From: an uncultured Nitrososphaerales archaeon
GTDB lineage: Archaea > Thermoproteota > Nitrososphaeria > Nitrososphaerales > Nitrososphaeraceae
DNA: 64,000 nt
Direction of reading: 5' to 3'
Assembly (NCBI GenBank): GCA_963709405.1
Contig: CAVPXM010000047.1
Location: 1-64,000 of the forward strand
Part shown: positions 40,210 to 51,164 of the stretch, piece by piece
Layout: each line of letters begins with the position of its first letter
Numbering within the stretch: the first letter of the stretch is position 1
The notes under the pieces: model-generated
What the model was told of the DNA's origin: nothing
Seen by the model: the letters and a program-made list of their open reading frames with translations, nothing else
The model's database searches: none
Translations under genes and position numbers: made by a program

Positions 40210-41712
40210 TCCTTATCTTTCCAGTCCATTCTTTGTCCGGAACTGGTACTATGATGATATAAATGACTCTTCTTGACAAATTCAGATCGCAGCAGTATGG
40301 CTGAGACAGCTGAAATCAAATCCTTTTTTGTGCTTTCTAGTGCGTCATGATTCATCTTGTCTAATATACTAAATCTTTCGAGATAATCAGTTGAAAGTTC
40401 TCCCTTTATAAAATTCACCTCATCCATTATGGTCTTAAACAGTGGTATAGTAGTATTAATCCCTTCAACAGTAAATTCACCTAAGGCATTTTTCGTCCGA
40501 ACTCGAGACTCCTCGAAATCATTGCCCCATGCTATCAATTTTGCTACTAACGAATCATAATATCCTGACACGGTACAACCTGGATATAGATACGTATCAA
40601 CTCTTATTCCTGGCCCATATGGGATAGTGCAATTGGGCACAGTCCCTACCGAAGGTGCGAAGCCATAAAACGGATCTTCGGCATTAATTCTGCATTCTAT
40701 CGCACAGCCGTGTAAGCTCAAATCCTCTTGTTTGAAAGGAATTCCTTCTTCTTGTGCAATTGAAATTTGGAGTTTAACAAGATCGATCCCAGTGACAAGC
40801 TCAGTAACAGGATGCTCAACTTGCAGTCTAGAATTAATTTCAATGAAATAGAAATTTCCTTGTTCATCTCGAAGAAACTCTGCAGTGCCTGCGTTCAGGT
40901 AGTCAACAGCTTCTGCAGCTCTCACCGCTATTTCTCCAATTTGATTTCTGGTCTTTTGATCCAACACCGTTGAAGGAGACATTTCAACAAGCTTTTGGTG
41001 CCTTCTCTGTATAGAGCATTCCCTCTCGAAGAGGTGTCTAGTTTGTCCTTGGGAATCTCTTACTAATTGAAATTCAATATGCCTTATCCGCTCTAAATAT
41101 TTTTCAACGTATAGAGCAGCCTTTCCGAATGCGGCCTTTGATTCTGCTGCCAGCCATTTCAAATTCTTGACGCAGCTGCTTCTCATCATTAGCAAGTCTA
41201 ATACCTCTACCTCCACCCCCGAACGCAGATTTTAATAATACAGGATAGCCAGCGGTGGCGGCTATATCGACTGCTTCTTCCATATCATTAATAATTCCGT
41301 CGCTTCCAGGAACAAATGGGATGTCTGCCTTTTTCATTATAGCCTTGCATTTCATTTTATCACCTGTAATTTCCATAGCTTTTTTCTTGGGACCGATAAA
41401 TATAATCCCGTTTTTTGAACATAATTCAGGAAAATTTTCGTTTTCGGACAGAAATCCATAACCAGGATGAATAGCGTCCGCACCCACCCTTGTTGCAATC
41501 TCGATGATCTTCCCTATGTCAAGATAGCTTTCTGAAGGCGATGGTGGTCCCAAATAATAGGCTTTGTCTGCTCTCCTTACGTGAATAGATCTCGTGTCTT
41601 CGTCTGAATATAGTGCGATTGACTTAATCCCTAATTCGCCACATGCGCGAATAACTCTAAGGGCTATCTCACCCCTGTTCGCTATTAGCAGACTTTCGAT
41701 TTTTTTTGCCAA
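40206..41712 (-). CDS. accC: Biotin carboxylase subunit; frameshift near 41150
   Basis: LIANRGEIA, HPGYGFLSEN, GGGGRG, RECSIQRRHQK, RLQVEHPVTE. Confidence 0.95.
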
Positions 41713-41725
41713 TCAAACCACATTT

Positions 41726-43267
41726 CTAAAGATTTATGTTCCCATGCTTCTTCGACGGTCTAGCTTCTTTTTTATTTGTAAGTGCCATCAAGGCAGCAAT
41801 TATCATGGGCCTCGTCTCCATTGGGTCTATTACCATATCTATGATGCCTTTCTCGGCAGCTATGTAGGGGTTAGCAAATTTGTCCCGAAATTCTCTTGCC
41901 AATTTTTTCTTCACGGATGCTACGTCCGCAGACTGTTTCAGATCCCTTCTATGTATAATCGTAATTGCCGCCTCCGGTCCTAGCACTGCTATTTCAGCGG
42001 TCGGCCATGCAAAGTTTACGTCGGTTCTCAAGTTTTTACTACCCATTGCTATGTATGCTCCTCCATATGCTTTACCTATAATACATGTAATTTTTGGGAC
42101 TGTTGCTTCACAATATGCGTATAGCAGCTTGCTCCCATGTCGAATGATTCCGTTATGCTCCTGATCCGCACCTGGCAGGTAGCCCGGAGTATCTACTAAG
42201 GTAACAAGTGGGATACTGTATGCATCACAAAATCTGATGAAACGCGCAGCCTTATTTGATGAATTTATATCTAGTGCTCCTGCCAAATACATTGGCTGAT
42301 TGGCGATTATTCCCACCGATCTTCCATTCAACCTAGCAAATCCAACAACAATATTTTCCGCGAAAAGCTCATGAACCTCAAGGAAATCCCCGCTATCAAC
42401 AATCGAGCTTATTAACTGCTTCATGTCGTACTGTTCGTAGGGATTTTCAGGTAGGATGGTTAATAAGTTTGTATCAATTCTATTAGGCTCATCTGTTGTT
42501 TCCACGATTGGCGCAGACTCTGAGTTATTTTGAGGAATATAGGACAATATTTTCTTTATCTTATCCATGCATTCATATTCATTCTTTACCACAAAGTGAG
42601 CAACACCAGATTTTGTCGCATGGGTTTTTGCACCACCTAATTCCTCAAATGATACTTCTTGGCTCAAAACCTCTTTGACCACCTCCGGCCCAGTTACAAA
42701 CATTTGTCCGATATTTTCAACCATTATAACAAAGTCTGTCATCGCAGGGGAATAAACTGCTCCTCCTGCACAGGGGCCTATACTTGCCGTAATCTGCGGA
42801 ATTACCCCAGATGCCATCGTATTCCTAAAAAAAATATCGCCATAACCATCCAATGCCACAACGCCCTCTTGTATTCTAGCTCCTCCTGAATCAATTATAC
42901 CTATTAGTGGAGCACCAGCTTTCATAGCATGATCCATTAACTTTGAAATTTTTCTACCGGCCATCTCGCCTAGAGAACCTCCAAGCACGGTAAAGTCATA
43001 AACGTAAACGAATACCTGACGGCCATGAATCTCTCCAAATCCTGTTACGACACCATCTCCGTAATATTTTGTGGTACCAGGATCATCACTACGATGTATA
43101 ACGTATTTGTCAAGTTCTAGAAAGCTTCCTTCGTCCAAAAGAAGGGCGATCCTTTCTCTTGCCGTTAGCTTGCCTTTTGAATGCTGGGATTCAATCTTCT
43201 CTTGGCCACCACCTTCCTCAGCTAATTTTTTCATTTGGTACAACCGCTTTAATTTATCTTCATGCAT
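41726..43267 (-). CDS. pccB: Acetyl-/propionyl-CoA carboxylase carboxyltransferase subunit (3HP/4HB cycle)
   Basis: GKLTARER, GDGVVTG, SGGARIQEG, DTPGYLPG, KAYGGAY. Confidence 0.95.
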   Translation of the reverse strand: MHEDKLKRLYQMKKLAEEGGGQEKIESQHSKGKLTARERIALLLDEGSFLELDKYVIHRSDDPGTTKYYGDGVVTGFGEIHGRQVFVYVYDFTVLGGSLGEMAGRKISKLMDHAMKAGAPLIGIIDSGGARIQEGVVALDGYGDIFFRNTMASGVIPQITASIGPCAGGAVYSPAMTDFVIMVENIGQMFVTGPEVVKEVLSQEVSFEELGGAKTHATKSGVAHFVVKNEYECMDKIKKILSYIPQNNSESAPIVETTDEPNRIDTNLLTILPENPYEQYDMKQLISSIVDSGDFLEVHELFAENIVVGFARLNGRSVGIIANQPMYLAGALDINSSNKAARFIRFCDAYSIPLVTLVDTPGYLPGADQEHNGIIRHGSKLLYAYCEATVPKITCIIGKAYGGAYIAMGSKNLRTDVNFAWPTAEIAVLGPEAAITIIHRRDLKQSADVASVKKKLAREFRDKFANPYIAAEKGIIDMVIDPMETRPMIIAALMALTNKKEARPSKKHGNINL

Positions 43268-43661
43268 GGCTGTCCATTTAATGCCAAGAGTTGGCTATAT
43301 AAATTAATTACGCATGAAATTATAGTAGTATGTATATATTTTGCGAATCAAGATTTTAGATTTTGAACTGGACTTCATCGTTTTGTATCTGAATCGTCTT
43401 ACAAATGTTTTGTGTCGCCAAGAAATTGCCTGTAGGATCTAAAAACTAGTATCAAAAAACGACCAGTTACACGTTTTAAGATCACTATATGGCTGTTACC
43501 ACATTAGGAAGATCCTAACTAAATTGTCTCAACTTCATAATTGCAGGCAATAGCTCGTCTTAGTGAGATTTAAAATTGCAAATATAAAGGCTTGGCGGAA
43601 ACAAGTGAATCCTACTCATTTGGTAAATACGATAACTAGTGCCTATCATTCAAATAGCTCG

Positions 43662-43874
43662 TTATTCTCGTAGACCAGTCCTTCCTCCCTTTGCTCTACG
43701 AAAGTAATTCATACCCAAGTTATAATTTTCAAACAACGATTGCGTTGTCTGTATACGGTTCGTAAGATCCTCAATCTCTAACTTATTTTTTTCTGGAGTT
43801 TTTTGCAATTCCTTCAATTTCTCCATCTCTTTTACCAATAATTCAGCTACGATGTACTCATATTCACTTGACAT
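43662..43874 (-). CDS. Small hypothetical coiled-coil protein
   Basis: Clean 70-aa ORF with ATG start, in a core region. Confidence 0.6.
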   Translation of the reverse strand: MSSEYEYIVAELLVKEMEKLKELQKTPEKNKLEIEDLTNRIQTTQSLFENYNLGMNYFRRAKGGRTGLRE

Positions 43875-44054
43875 GCGATGATGATACTTTAGGAAGATTA
43901 AATTTATTCTTTGCTAATCAGGTTTTCCCAGCTCCATTTTGATTCCTATCATTAACGACGGATATGCTGAAAATGCTTCTTCCGGTCGGTTTAGCCGCGC
44001 ATGCCGCAAATTTGCCAAATTGCAAAAATAGCACTCAGATAGGTCCTGATTAGA

Positions 44055-45186
44055 TCATTTTTTTAATAAGCTATCAAGATTTTTTTGTAAAAGCGGAAAA
44101 AGATCTCTTTTAACGATTTCATTATACCAGTATTGATTATAATGACTAATGGAAAGGAACAAAAATTCCAAAAATGGCCTTAGTTGGAAGTCATATGGTA
44201 ACATATCAAGTGCCATCGCAGCCTCATCTAAATAAATCTTGCACTTCCTTAGGGTTAACTCAAAACCCATATTTACGTTATCAGTGACAAGAGAGTAATA
44301 TAGTGGCCATGATGGGATCTTCACCGAGCCATTCTTTATCGCATCTTGAATCTCATTCCCGCATCCGACACACTCACTCGCCTTTGCCATACCTAGATGA
44401 TATACGTCCGCAAGAGGTCTTCGGTTGAGTGCCATGTTGCGCGCTCGCTGTACCCATAACTGCGCGGTATTTTTTGTAACATCCCATCATGTTTTCATCA
44501 GTAATAGAATCTGGTCTTCTCTTAAGTCGAGTATCGATATATTGTCCGATTCTAGCATCCTTGAAACCCTCTTCAAAAGCTCCCAATACAGAATCTCCTC
44601 CTTGCGATATCTTTTGCCTAGCTACTTCAAGGATGTAAGGATTCATAAGCTTATAATCATCCAAATATTCTAAATCCTCATCCTTGTCCACAATTCTGTC
44701 CATGGGTTCACTTAGATCAATTGCGATAATATGTCCATCGATAACAGAATTTCTAATATTTGGAGGCAGGCCTTCCTTAAAGTGATCCTCAGCACCATCA
44801 AATAATGCATTAAGAACTGGAAAAGTCATAATAACAAAGTTAGAGTTAAGGATTCTTTCAACTCTGTCTGCAAGGATTTCAGGTTTTGATATCCTTGCCA
44901 TTATGTCTGCTACTTTTTTTTCTTCCAAAACAAGCTCAGAAGATCCAATTTCATCTGTGAATTTTTTTAATGTGATGGCAGGATGGGAATCTGAAATAAT
45001 TTGTTGATGTAAAGACAGAAGAAATCTTTTGGTGAATTCTTGGAATTGTTCTTCGGTCTCTTGCTCATATTTCCTAAACTGTCTATATCCTTTCTCGCGT
45101 AATAATGCTTGCTTTATAATATCCTTACCAGCCCTTGTACTCATCAAGGTACTTTTTTTGAAGAGATAGCCATCCTTAGTATTCAT
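44055..45186 (-). CDS. All-alpha hypothetical protein with isoprenyl diphosphate synthase/terpene synthase-like motifs; frameshift near 44440
   Basis: Joined ORFs 44374-45186 and 44055-44435; DRIVDKDED, GQYIDTR, NEIQDA. Confidence 0.6.
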
Positions 45187-45329
45187 ATATATTGCTTTCA
45201 GTAGATTACCTCTTTATTTAACTTTCATATTCAATTTTTATCAAATTTATGAGAGGGTTATCCCCTTTCAGTAACTTCATCCACGGCAAATATTCATAAA
45301 ATTTACTAACGAAGTCTAATAATTCCATC

Positions 45330-45938
45330 TCATCGTGAGGACATAGCAATTCGTTCTTGTTCATTCTTCTTCTTGATAGCATGGCTTGCCATATCACTAT
45401 TTGAGGCCAAAATAAGTTCTTTTGAAAGTGCTTCTTCGATTGTTTGTGGGTTGGTGTACGTAGATTCTTTCACTCCTTCTGCAATGAACCGTAATGCAAG
45501 ATCTATTCTTCTAAGAGGAGCAACATCTACTGATACATGATATACAACCCCACCATAGACGATCCTAGTGGTGTCCTCATTCGGGGAAGCGTTCTCAACT
45601 GCTTTAACTAGAATGTCGACTGGATTTTTGCCAGTTTCCAAATGGATAATATCCAATGCAGTTTTGACCACGTTGAGAGATTTGGCTTTTTTTCCTCCCA
45701 TTCTGCCAGTATTCTTGGCATACTTTTTACCAAAATGCATCATCTTATTTGCTAACCTTTCGACTATGTGGATTTCAGCCTTTTTCAGTCTTTGATGTTC
45801 ATGTCTACCGAACGTTATTGGAATCACTACTGTTGGCTGCAAAGAAATAACTTTGCGAAGACCTAAGTCATTTATTTCGATTTTTTTAGTATCCCATTTG
45901 TTAAATAGAAGAATGTTTACTTGTTCTTTACCACTCAT
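45330..45938 (-). CDS. rps7: 30S ribosomal protein uS7
   Basis: LFNKW, IVERL, NASPNEDTTR, VDVAPLRR. Confidence 0.97.
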   Translation of the reverse strand: MSGKEQVNILLFNKWDTKKIEINDLGLRKVISLQPTVVIPITFGRHEHQRLKKAEIHIVERLANKMMHFGKKYAKNTGRMGGKKAKSLNVVKTALDIIHLETGKNPVDILVKAVENASPNEDTTRIVYGGVVYHVSVDVAPLRRIDLALRFIAEGVKESTYTNPQTIEEALSKELILASNSDMASHAIKKKNEQERIAMSSR

Positions 45939-45944
45939 ACCATT

Positions 45945-46382
45945 TTATCTCCTAGGCTTCTCTTTCTTGCCATATACAAGCTCATTCAATGAGACACCAT
46001 TCACCTTAAAGACTTGCCATCTGACCCCCGGTATATCACCCATAGCTCCGCCCATTGAACCCCCAATGCCTTCCAATATTACCTCATCGTGTTCATCAAC
46101 AAAATTCAAGGCCCCATCACGAGGTAGAAATGCAGTTATAGATTTGCCATTCTTGATGAGTTGAACTCGAACACACTTCCTTACTGCCGAGTTGGGCTGC
46201 TTTGATTCAATACCTACCTTCTCTAGCACAATACCTCTAGCTTGCGGTGCACCTTCCAGCGGATTTGCCTTTTTATCGAGCATTAGCATCCGTCGCTTGT
46301 AATACTTATTTGCCCATCTGGCCCGATTTCTCTTGGAGCGTAGAACACGGCCAGCAAACAATCCTAATGGAGATTTAGACAT
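45945..46382 (-). CDS. rps12: 30S ribosomal protein uS12
   Basis: [22 protein letters not shown]. Confidence 0.98.
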   Translation of the reverse strand: MSKSPLGLFAGRVLRSKRNRARWANKYYKRRMLMLDKKANPLEGAPQARGIVLEKVGIESKQPNSAVRKCVRVQLIKNGKSITAFLPRDGALNFVDEHDEVILEGIGGSMGGAMGDIPGVRWQVFKVNGVSLNELVYGKKEKPRR

Positions 46383-46862
46383 TCATACATACACCTCATT
46401 ACTATCATTTTGAGTTTCGTCAGAACTGATAATAAAAACGTTAGATATCTGGAAATAACGTCTTGCTAAGAGTCTTGCTTTCTCTGCGTTTCTACCTTCT
46501 CTACCAACCACTATTCCTTTCTTTTTTGCATCTACGACCACAATAGCTTGCTTTGTTCCGTCTGTTCGTTCATCGATCCGTATTTCCTTTATCATATCAC
46601 TATTCAATACATTACCGATGAATTCTGAAGCATCATCTGAATATTCTACTAGTTCGACTTTCCTAGCGACAACATTTTGTAGTTGTTTAATTGTAGCTCC
46701 ACCCTTTCCAATAGCAAGCCCCATCTGGTTCTTACTAATAATAAAAATTACGCGATCCATTTTGTCATCTACAACGCAGTCTCTAGCCGTGACGCTAGTA
46801 ACGCTCTGAAACAGTGACATTAGTCGCAATTCATTAGAAGTAAGCTTGATTTTTTCGGTCAT
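46383..46862 (-). CDS. nusA: Archaeal NusA (KH domains)
   Basis: GLAIGKGG, VGREGRN; conserved position. Confidence 0.93.
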   Translation of the reverse strand: MTEKIKLTSNELRLMSLFQSVTSVTARDCVVDDKMDRVIFIISKNQMGLAIGKGGATIKQLQNVVARKVELVEYSDDASEFIGNVLNSDMIKEIRIDERTDGTKQAIVVVDAKKKGIVVGREGRNAEKARLLARRYFQISNVFIISSDETQNDSNEVYV

Positions 46863-46992
46863 TCCTCATGCCTCACAACAATATATTCTACGTATTAACA
46901 TCGATTAGCAATTCTTGCTGAATATTAAAGTCCAATTTAAGTCTTCATACTGAGATAGGTTCATAACAAATCAATTCAAGAGAAATATCGAT

Positions 46993-47343
46993 TTAATGAC
47001 GAGTAGCCTTTCCGCCAGCTTGACCTAGCGACTTCTGATTCTGCTGAGCAGAAAGTATCATGCTAATATCTTCCTCAGTTCCAGTCTTTAGTGCAATTAT
47101 ACTGACCCGAAAGGGCTTATTGCATAGCTTTCCTAGCTGTACAGAATTACCTTCATAATAGTAAATTGGGACCATAGAATCCCTCGATTTTGCTTCGATT
47201 TCTGATCTAGCTAACAATGGGACAGATTTTGAAAGTATGAGCAATTTTGAACCCTTGACCGATGGTAAAACCTCCTTTAAACCACATTTGTACTTACCAG
47301 GAGTCACTAAATCCTTGATTACCTTATTGAGTACTTTCACCAA
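46993..47343 (-). CDS. rpl30e: Ribosomal protein eL30 (L7Ae family)
   Basis: GKYKCGLKEV, LGKLCNKPFRVS; position between rpoA and nusA. Confidence 0.85.
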   Translation of the reverse strand: MVKVLNKVIKDLVTPGKYKCGLKEVLPSVKGSKLLILSKSVPLLARSEIEAKSRDSMVPIYYYEGNSVQLGKLCNKPFRVSIIALKTGTEEDISMILSAQQNQKSLGQAGGKATRH

Positions 47344-50300
47344 TGTCCTCTTCCACCTTCATATAAAGCTCCACCATACCTGTTCCAACGGGTACGGTTG
47401 CACCAACAATAACATTTTCCGTTACTCCTCTCAAACTCTCAACTTGGCCCTCTAATGAAGCTTTTGCAATGGTTGGTACTGTGATTTCGAAGGCCGCTCT
47501 GGCAAGGACAGAAGTTTTTGTACCAGCAATGCCATGTCGACCTATCTGTTGCAAATAGCCTTTGGATGTCATTAGATCAGCTACAAGCATGATGTGCCTC
47601 ATGTCAACCTCAAGTCCTTGTTCCTCTAAAGTGTTAGTAATCTCCTTGACTAGTGCGGTTCTCGCTGCCTCTATTCCCAATGTCTGCCATATCTCGTATA
47701 CATTGTTAGTAGTAGATCTGGAGGTATCTATTCCATCAATTGCTACTACTTTGGCAAGATTAGATCCAGCTGTTTGAATAACCCATTCATCATCTTGCTT
47801 TACAATAGTAACTCGTTCAATGTCAGGTACACCTTTAACTCTGTTGTTGGAAAGCTTGTTTCTTAGTGTTAATAGAGTTTGTGCATCAGGTTCTCCCGGA
47901 ACTGTGACCTTGATTGTGTTTTCCTTCTCGTTCATCGAGATCTCATATTTCTTCTTAGATCCTTTCAATACTTCATATATTTCCTGTATTGTACATCCAC
48001 GCTCTGTAAGTTTAGTCTCAGAAACGCAAAAAGTAAGGGTCCCACCATAGTCTGTGTCTATTTTTTCTACTAAATCGCTAACTCTAGTAAATATTATCTC
48101 CCTCGCCACTTCCAATGCTTTTTCTCTGGATATTCTATGTTCTTTATCAAGATAGATATCCATAGTAGGTGTTACCGGCTTCTTCCTGGCATCTACTAGT
48201 TCTATTAGCCTAGGGAGACCCAACGTAACGTTTCGCTCCTTAACTCCAGCAAAATGAAAAGTTCTGAGAGTCATCTGTGTACCTGGTTCTCCGATGGACT
48301 GCGCTGTAACTACTCCAACAGCCTCCCCAGGTTCTGCTCTGGCCTTTTCCATTAGATCAAGTGTTTTCTTTAGAACCCTTTCTATGCCTTCCAGACTAAG
48401 CGGATTTTCACTAAATGTAGTTTCAAAATTCCTCTTCAATCTATCATTCAGATCCTTTCCAAATCTTTTCAATATACTCTCAATCTCAGATTGTGCAGCC
48501 TTTTTCCCTGTATCTACGATTGACTCACTTTCTATCAACCTTAAAATATTTACAGCTTCCCCATGATCGCTTTTCGCCGGATCTATTCCGTCTTCTCCAT
48601 ATAGGTACTGAATTATATTCCCATGTGGATCACGAACAGTGTGATCGTATTCTATCTTAAGATGTTCAAGTGCGTTAATCAATCTTCTTTGCATATACCC
48701 GGACTGTTGGGTTCTAACTGCCGTATCGACTAGACCTTCCCTTCCGCCCATTGCATGAAAGAAGAACTCCAATGGACTGAGACCATCTCTATAGTTTGAT
48801 TTAACGAACCCTCGCGAAGCAGGATTAGTATCATTCGTAGTAAAGTGTGGAAGAGATCTATTGTGATAGCCCTTGTTTATTCGCTTTCCTCTAATGGACT
48901 GTTGTCCCAACGCCGCAGTCATTTGTCCAATGTTAAGAGTTGATCCTCGTGCTCCGGTGGAAGCCATAATAACACCAGAATTATTATCCGGGAACGCTCT
49001 GTCGGCAGTTTTTCCAGCCCTATCTCTTGCTCTTGACAACTCATTTACCACATACAACTCGAGAGCCTCTTCAGGGGAGAGGCCTCTAGTAAGAGGTAAA
49101 CTCCCCTGCTCATACTGTAGGATCAATTCATGAACGTTATCGTATGCTTTTTGAACAACATCGTTAATCTCTTGTCTTGTTTTTTCACTCAACCATAAAT
49201 CGGAGTAGCCGTATGTAAAGCCTCTATGAGTAATGTAAGTCTTGAGCATGATTAGTATAGAATCAAGAAATTTTCGGGCTGCATCATTTCCATAATCCTT
49301 CGCTATTCTATGAAGCACACTGTCGGGCTCCTCTGCTCCTATCGAAGCCTTATCTATTACTCCGCTAACAAGTTCTCCATTTCTGATTACCACATCTTTC
49401 CCTTCACCTTTTGCGGCCTTATTCCATTTTGAGGTGATTATAAAGTTGAAGTCACGCGGAAAGAATAATGAAAAAAGCTGCTTGCCGGTGTAAAACTTTT
49501 CGCCTACACTATTAATCTTGAATTCTGGCAGAGTACCTTTGTACCCACCTATCAAAGCCATGTTTGCAAATTCTTCCCTGGTAAGGATCGTTTGATCAGA
49601 CGTAAGGAGGAATGCTCCTGTAATAAAATCTCTTATCCCACCAATAATTGGCCCGCCATACCTTGGAGAGATGAGCTGATCCTGAACTCGCATAAGTAAC
49701 GCTGCCTCTGCTCTGGCTTCCTCACTTTGAGGCACGTGTAAATTCATTTCATCTCCATCAAAATCCGCATTGTAAGGAGGACATACTGCAGGATGTAATC
49801 GAAATGTCCTATAGGGCAAGACTCTGACATAATGGGCCATAATGGACATCCTATGCAAGGAGGGCTGCCTGTTAAAAATAACTATATCCCCATCTGACAA
49901 ATGTCTTTCAACAAGATAGTTACTAGAAAGAGAATCAGCTATCGCTTTCCGATCGCTAACATAGTCGAGCCGAATCTTTACTCCATCTGGCCTTATAATA
50001 TAATTAGCACCAGGATATATATTTGGTCCATTAATGACCAATTTCTTTAATCTCTCAAGATTCCATTGCGACACAGTCTCTGGTATAGTCAACTTTTTTG
50101 CGACGTCCACAGGTACGCCTACATTCGAAATTGCGAGATTTGGATCTGGAGAAATTACTGTTCGGCTTGAGAAGTCTACCCTTTTTCCTGAAAGCGAACC
50201 ACGGAAACGTCCTTCCTTCCCCTTTAGTCTTTGAGTCAGAGTTTTCAAAGGTCGTCCTGATCTATGATGGGCCTGAGGAATTCCTGATACTTCATTGTCA

Positions 50301-51140
50301 AAATAAGTAGTTACATGATACTGTAATAAATCGACCAAATCCTGCACTATTAGCGGAGGAGTACCTGCCTCCTTGCTTTCTTTGAGCCGTTGATTAACCC
50401 TTATAATATCAACAAGCTTATGTGTCAAATCATCTTCTGATCTGATCCCAGTTTCCAGTATTATGGATGGTCTAACAGTCACAGGTGGTACCGGCAGAAC
50501 TTGTAGTACAAACCATTCTGGTCTTGCCGTCTTGGGATCATATCCAAGAAGTATCAAATCTTCATCGGGGATATGCACCAGTCTCTCTCTAATTGTAATA
50601 GGCAACAGTCTGTTTTCACCTGCATCTGTCTTTTCCACGAAAATTGTTGGTTTAGTAAATACTAAATCATACTGTTCTATCTGACAGTGGGGACATACCT
50701 TGACTTTCTTTGCCTTATCAATTATCTCATCTTTAACATTCTCTAACGTAATCACTGCATATGCAGACTTTACTGTCTCGCAAAGCTTTATATTTTGACA
50801 ACTCTTCTGTCGTTAGTTTTATACGATTGCAGGATCTACATGTTATTATAAGCAGCTTATGAATATCGTCAACAAAAGCAATATGTAAAACGGGCTCGGC
50901 TAACTCTATATGTCCGAAGTGACCAGGACACTTCGAAGAAGTATTGCCGCAAGTCGCACACTTCTGCCCAGGCTCCAACGTTCCGAGACGATTGTCCATT
51001 AATCCGCCTTGAACAGGCATTCCGTCCTCATCATATGTCTCAGGGGCTGTAATTTCTGCAACACTATATTTCCGAACTTCAACTGGCGACCATACACTAA
51101 ACCGTATGCCTCCGAGGATTTTCGGAGATTCTTCCATCAT
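47324..51140 (-). CDS. rpoA: RNA polymerase largest subunit, fused A'+A''; frameshift near 50760
   Basis: CPGHFGHIEL, YNADFDGDEMN, AQSIGEPGTQMT and ARAAFE in one gene. Confidence 0.97.
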
Positions 51141-51164
51141 TTTAGTAGCTCCCCCTATTGAGTC

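Noticed and set aside
47324-51140. Apparent novel split of RNA polymerase subunit A after ~125 aa, and the A'A'' fusion
   Set aside because: The break is a single frameshift consistent with sequencing error; the A'A'' fusion is the known thaumarchaeal state
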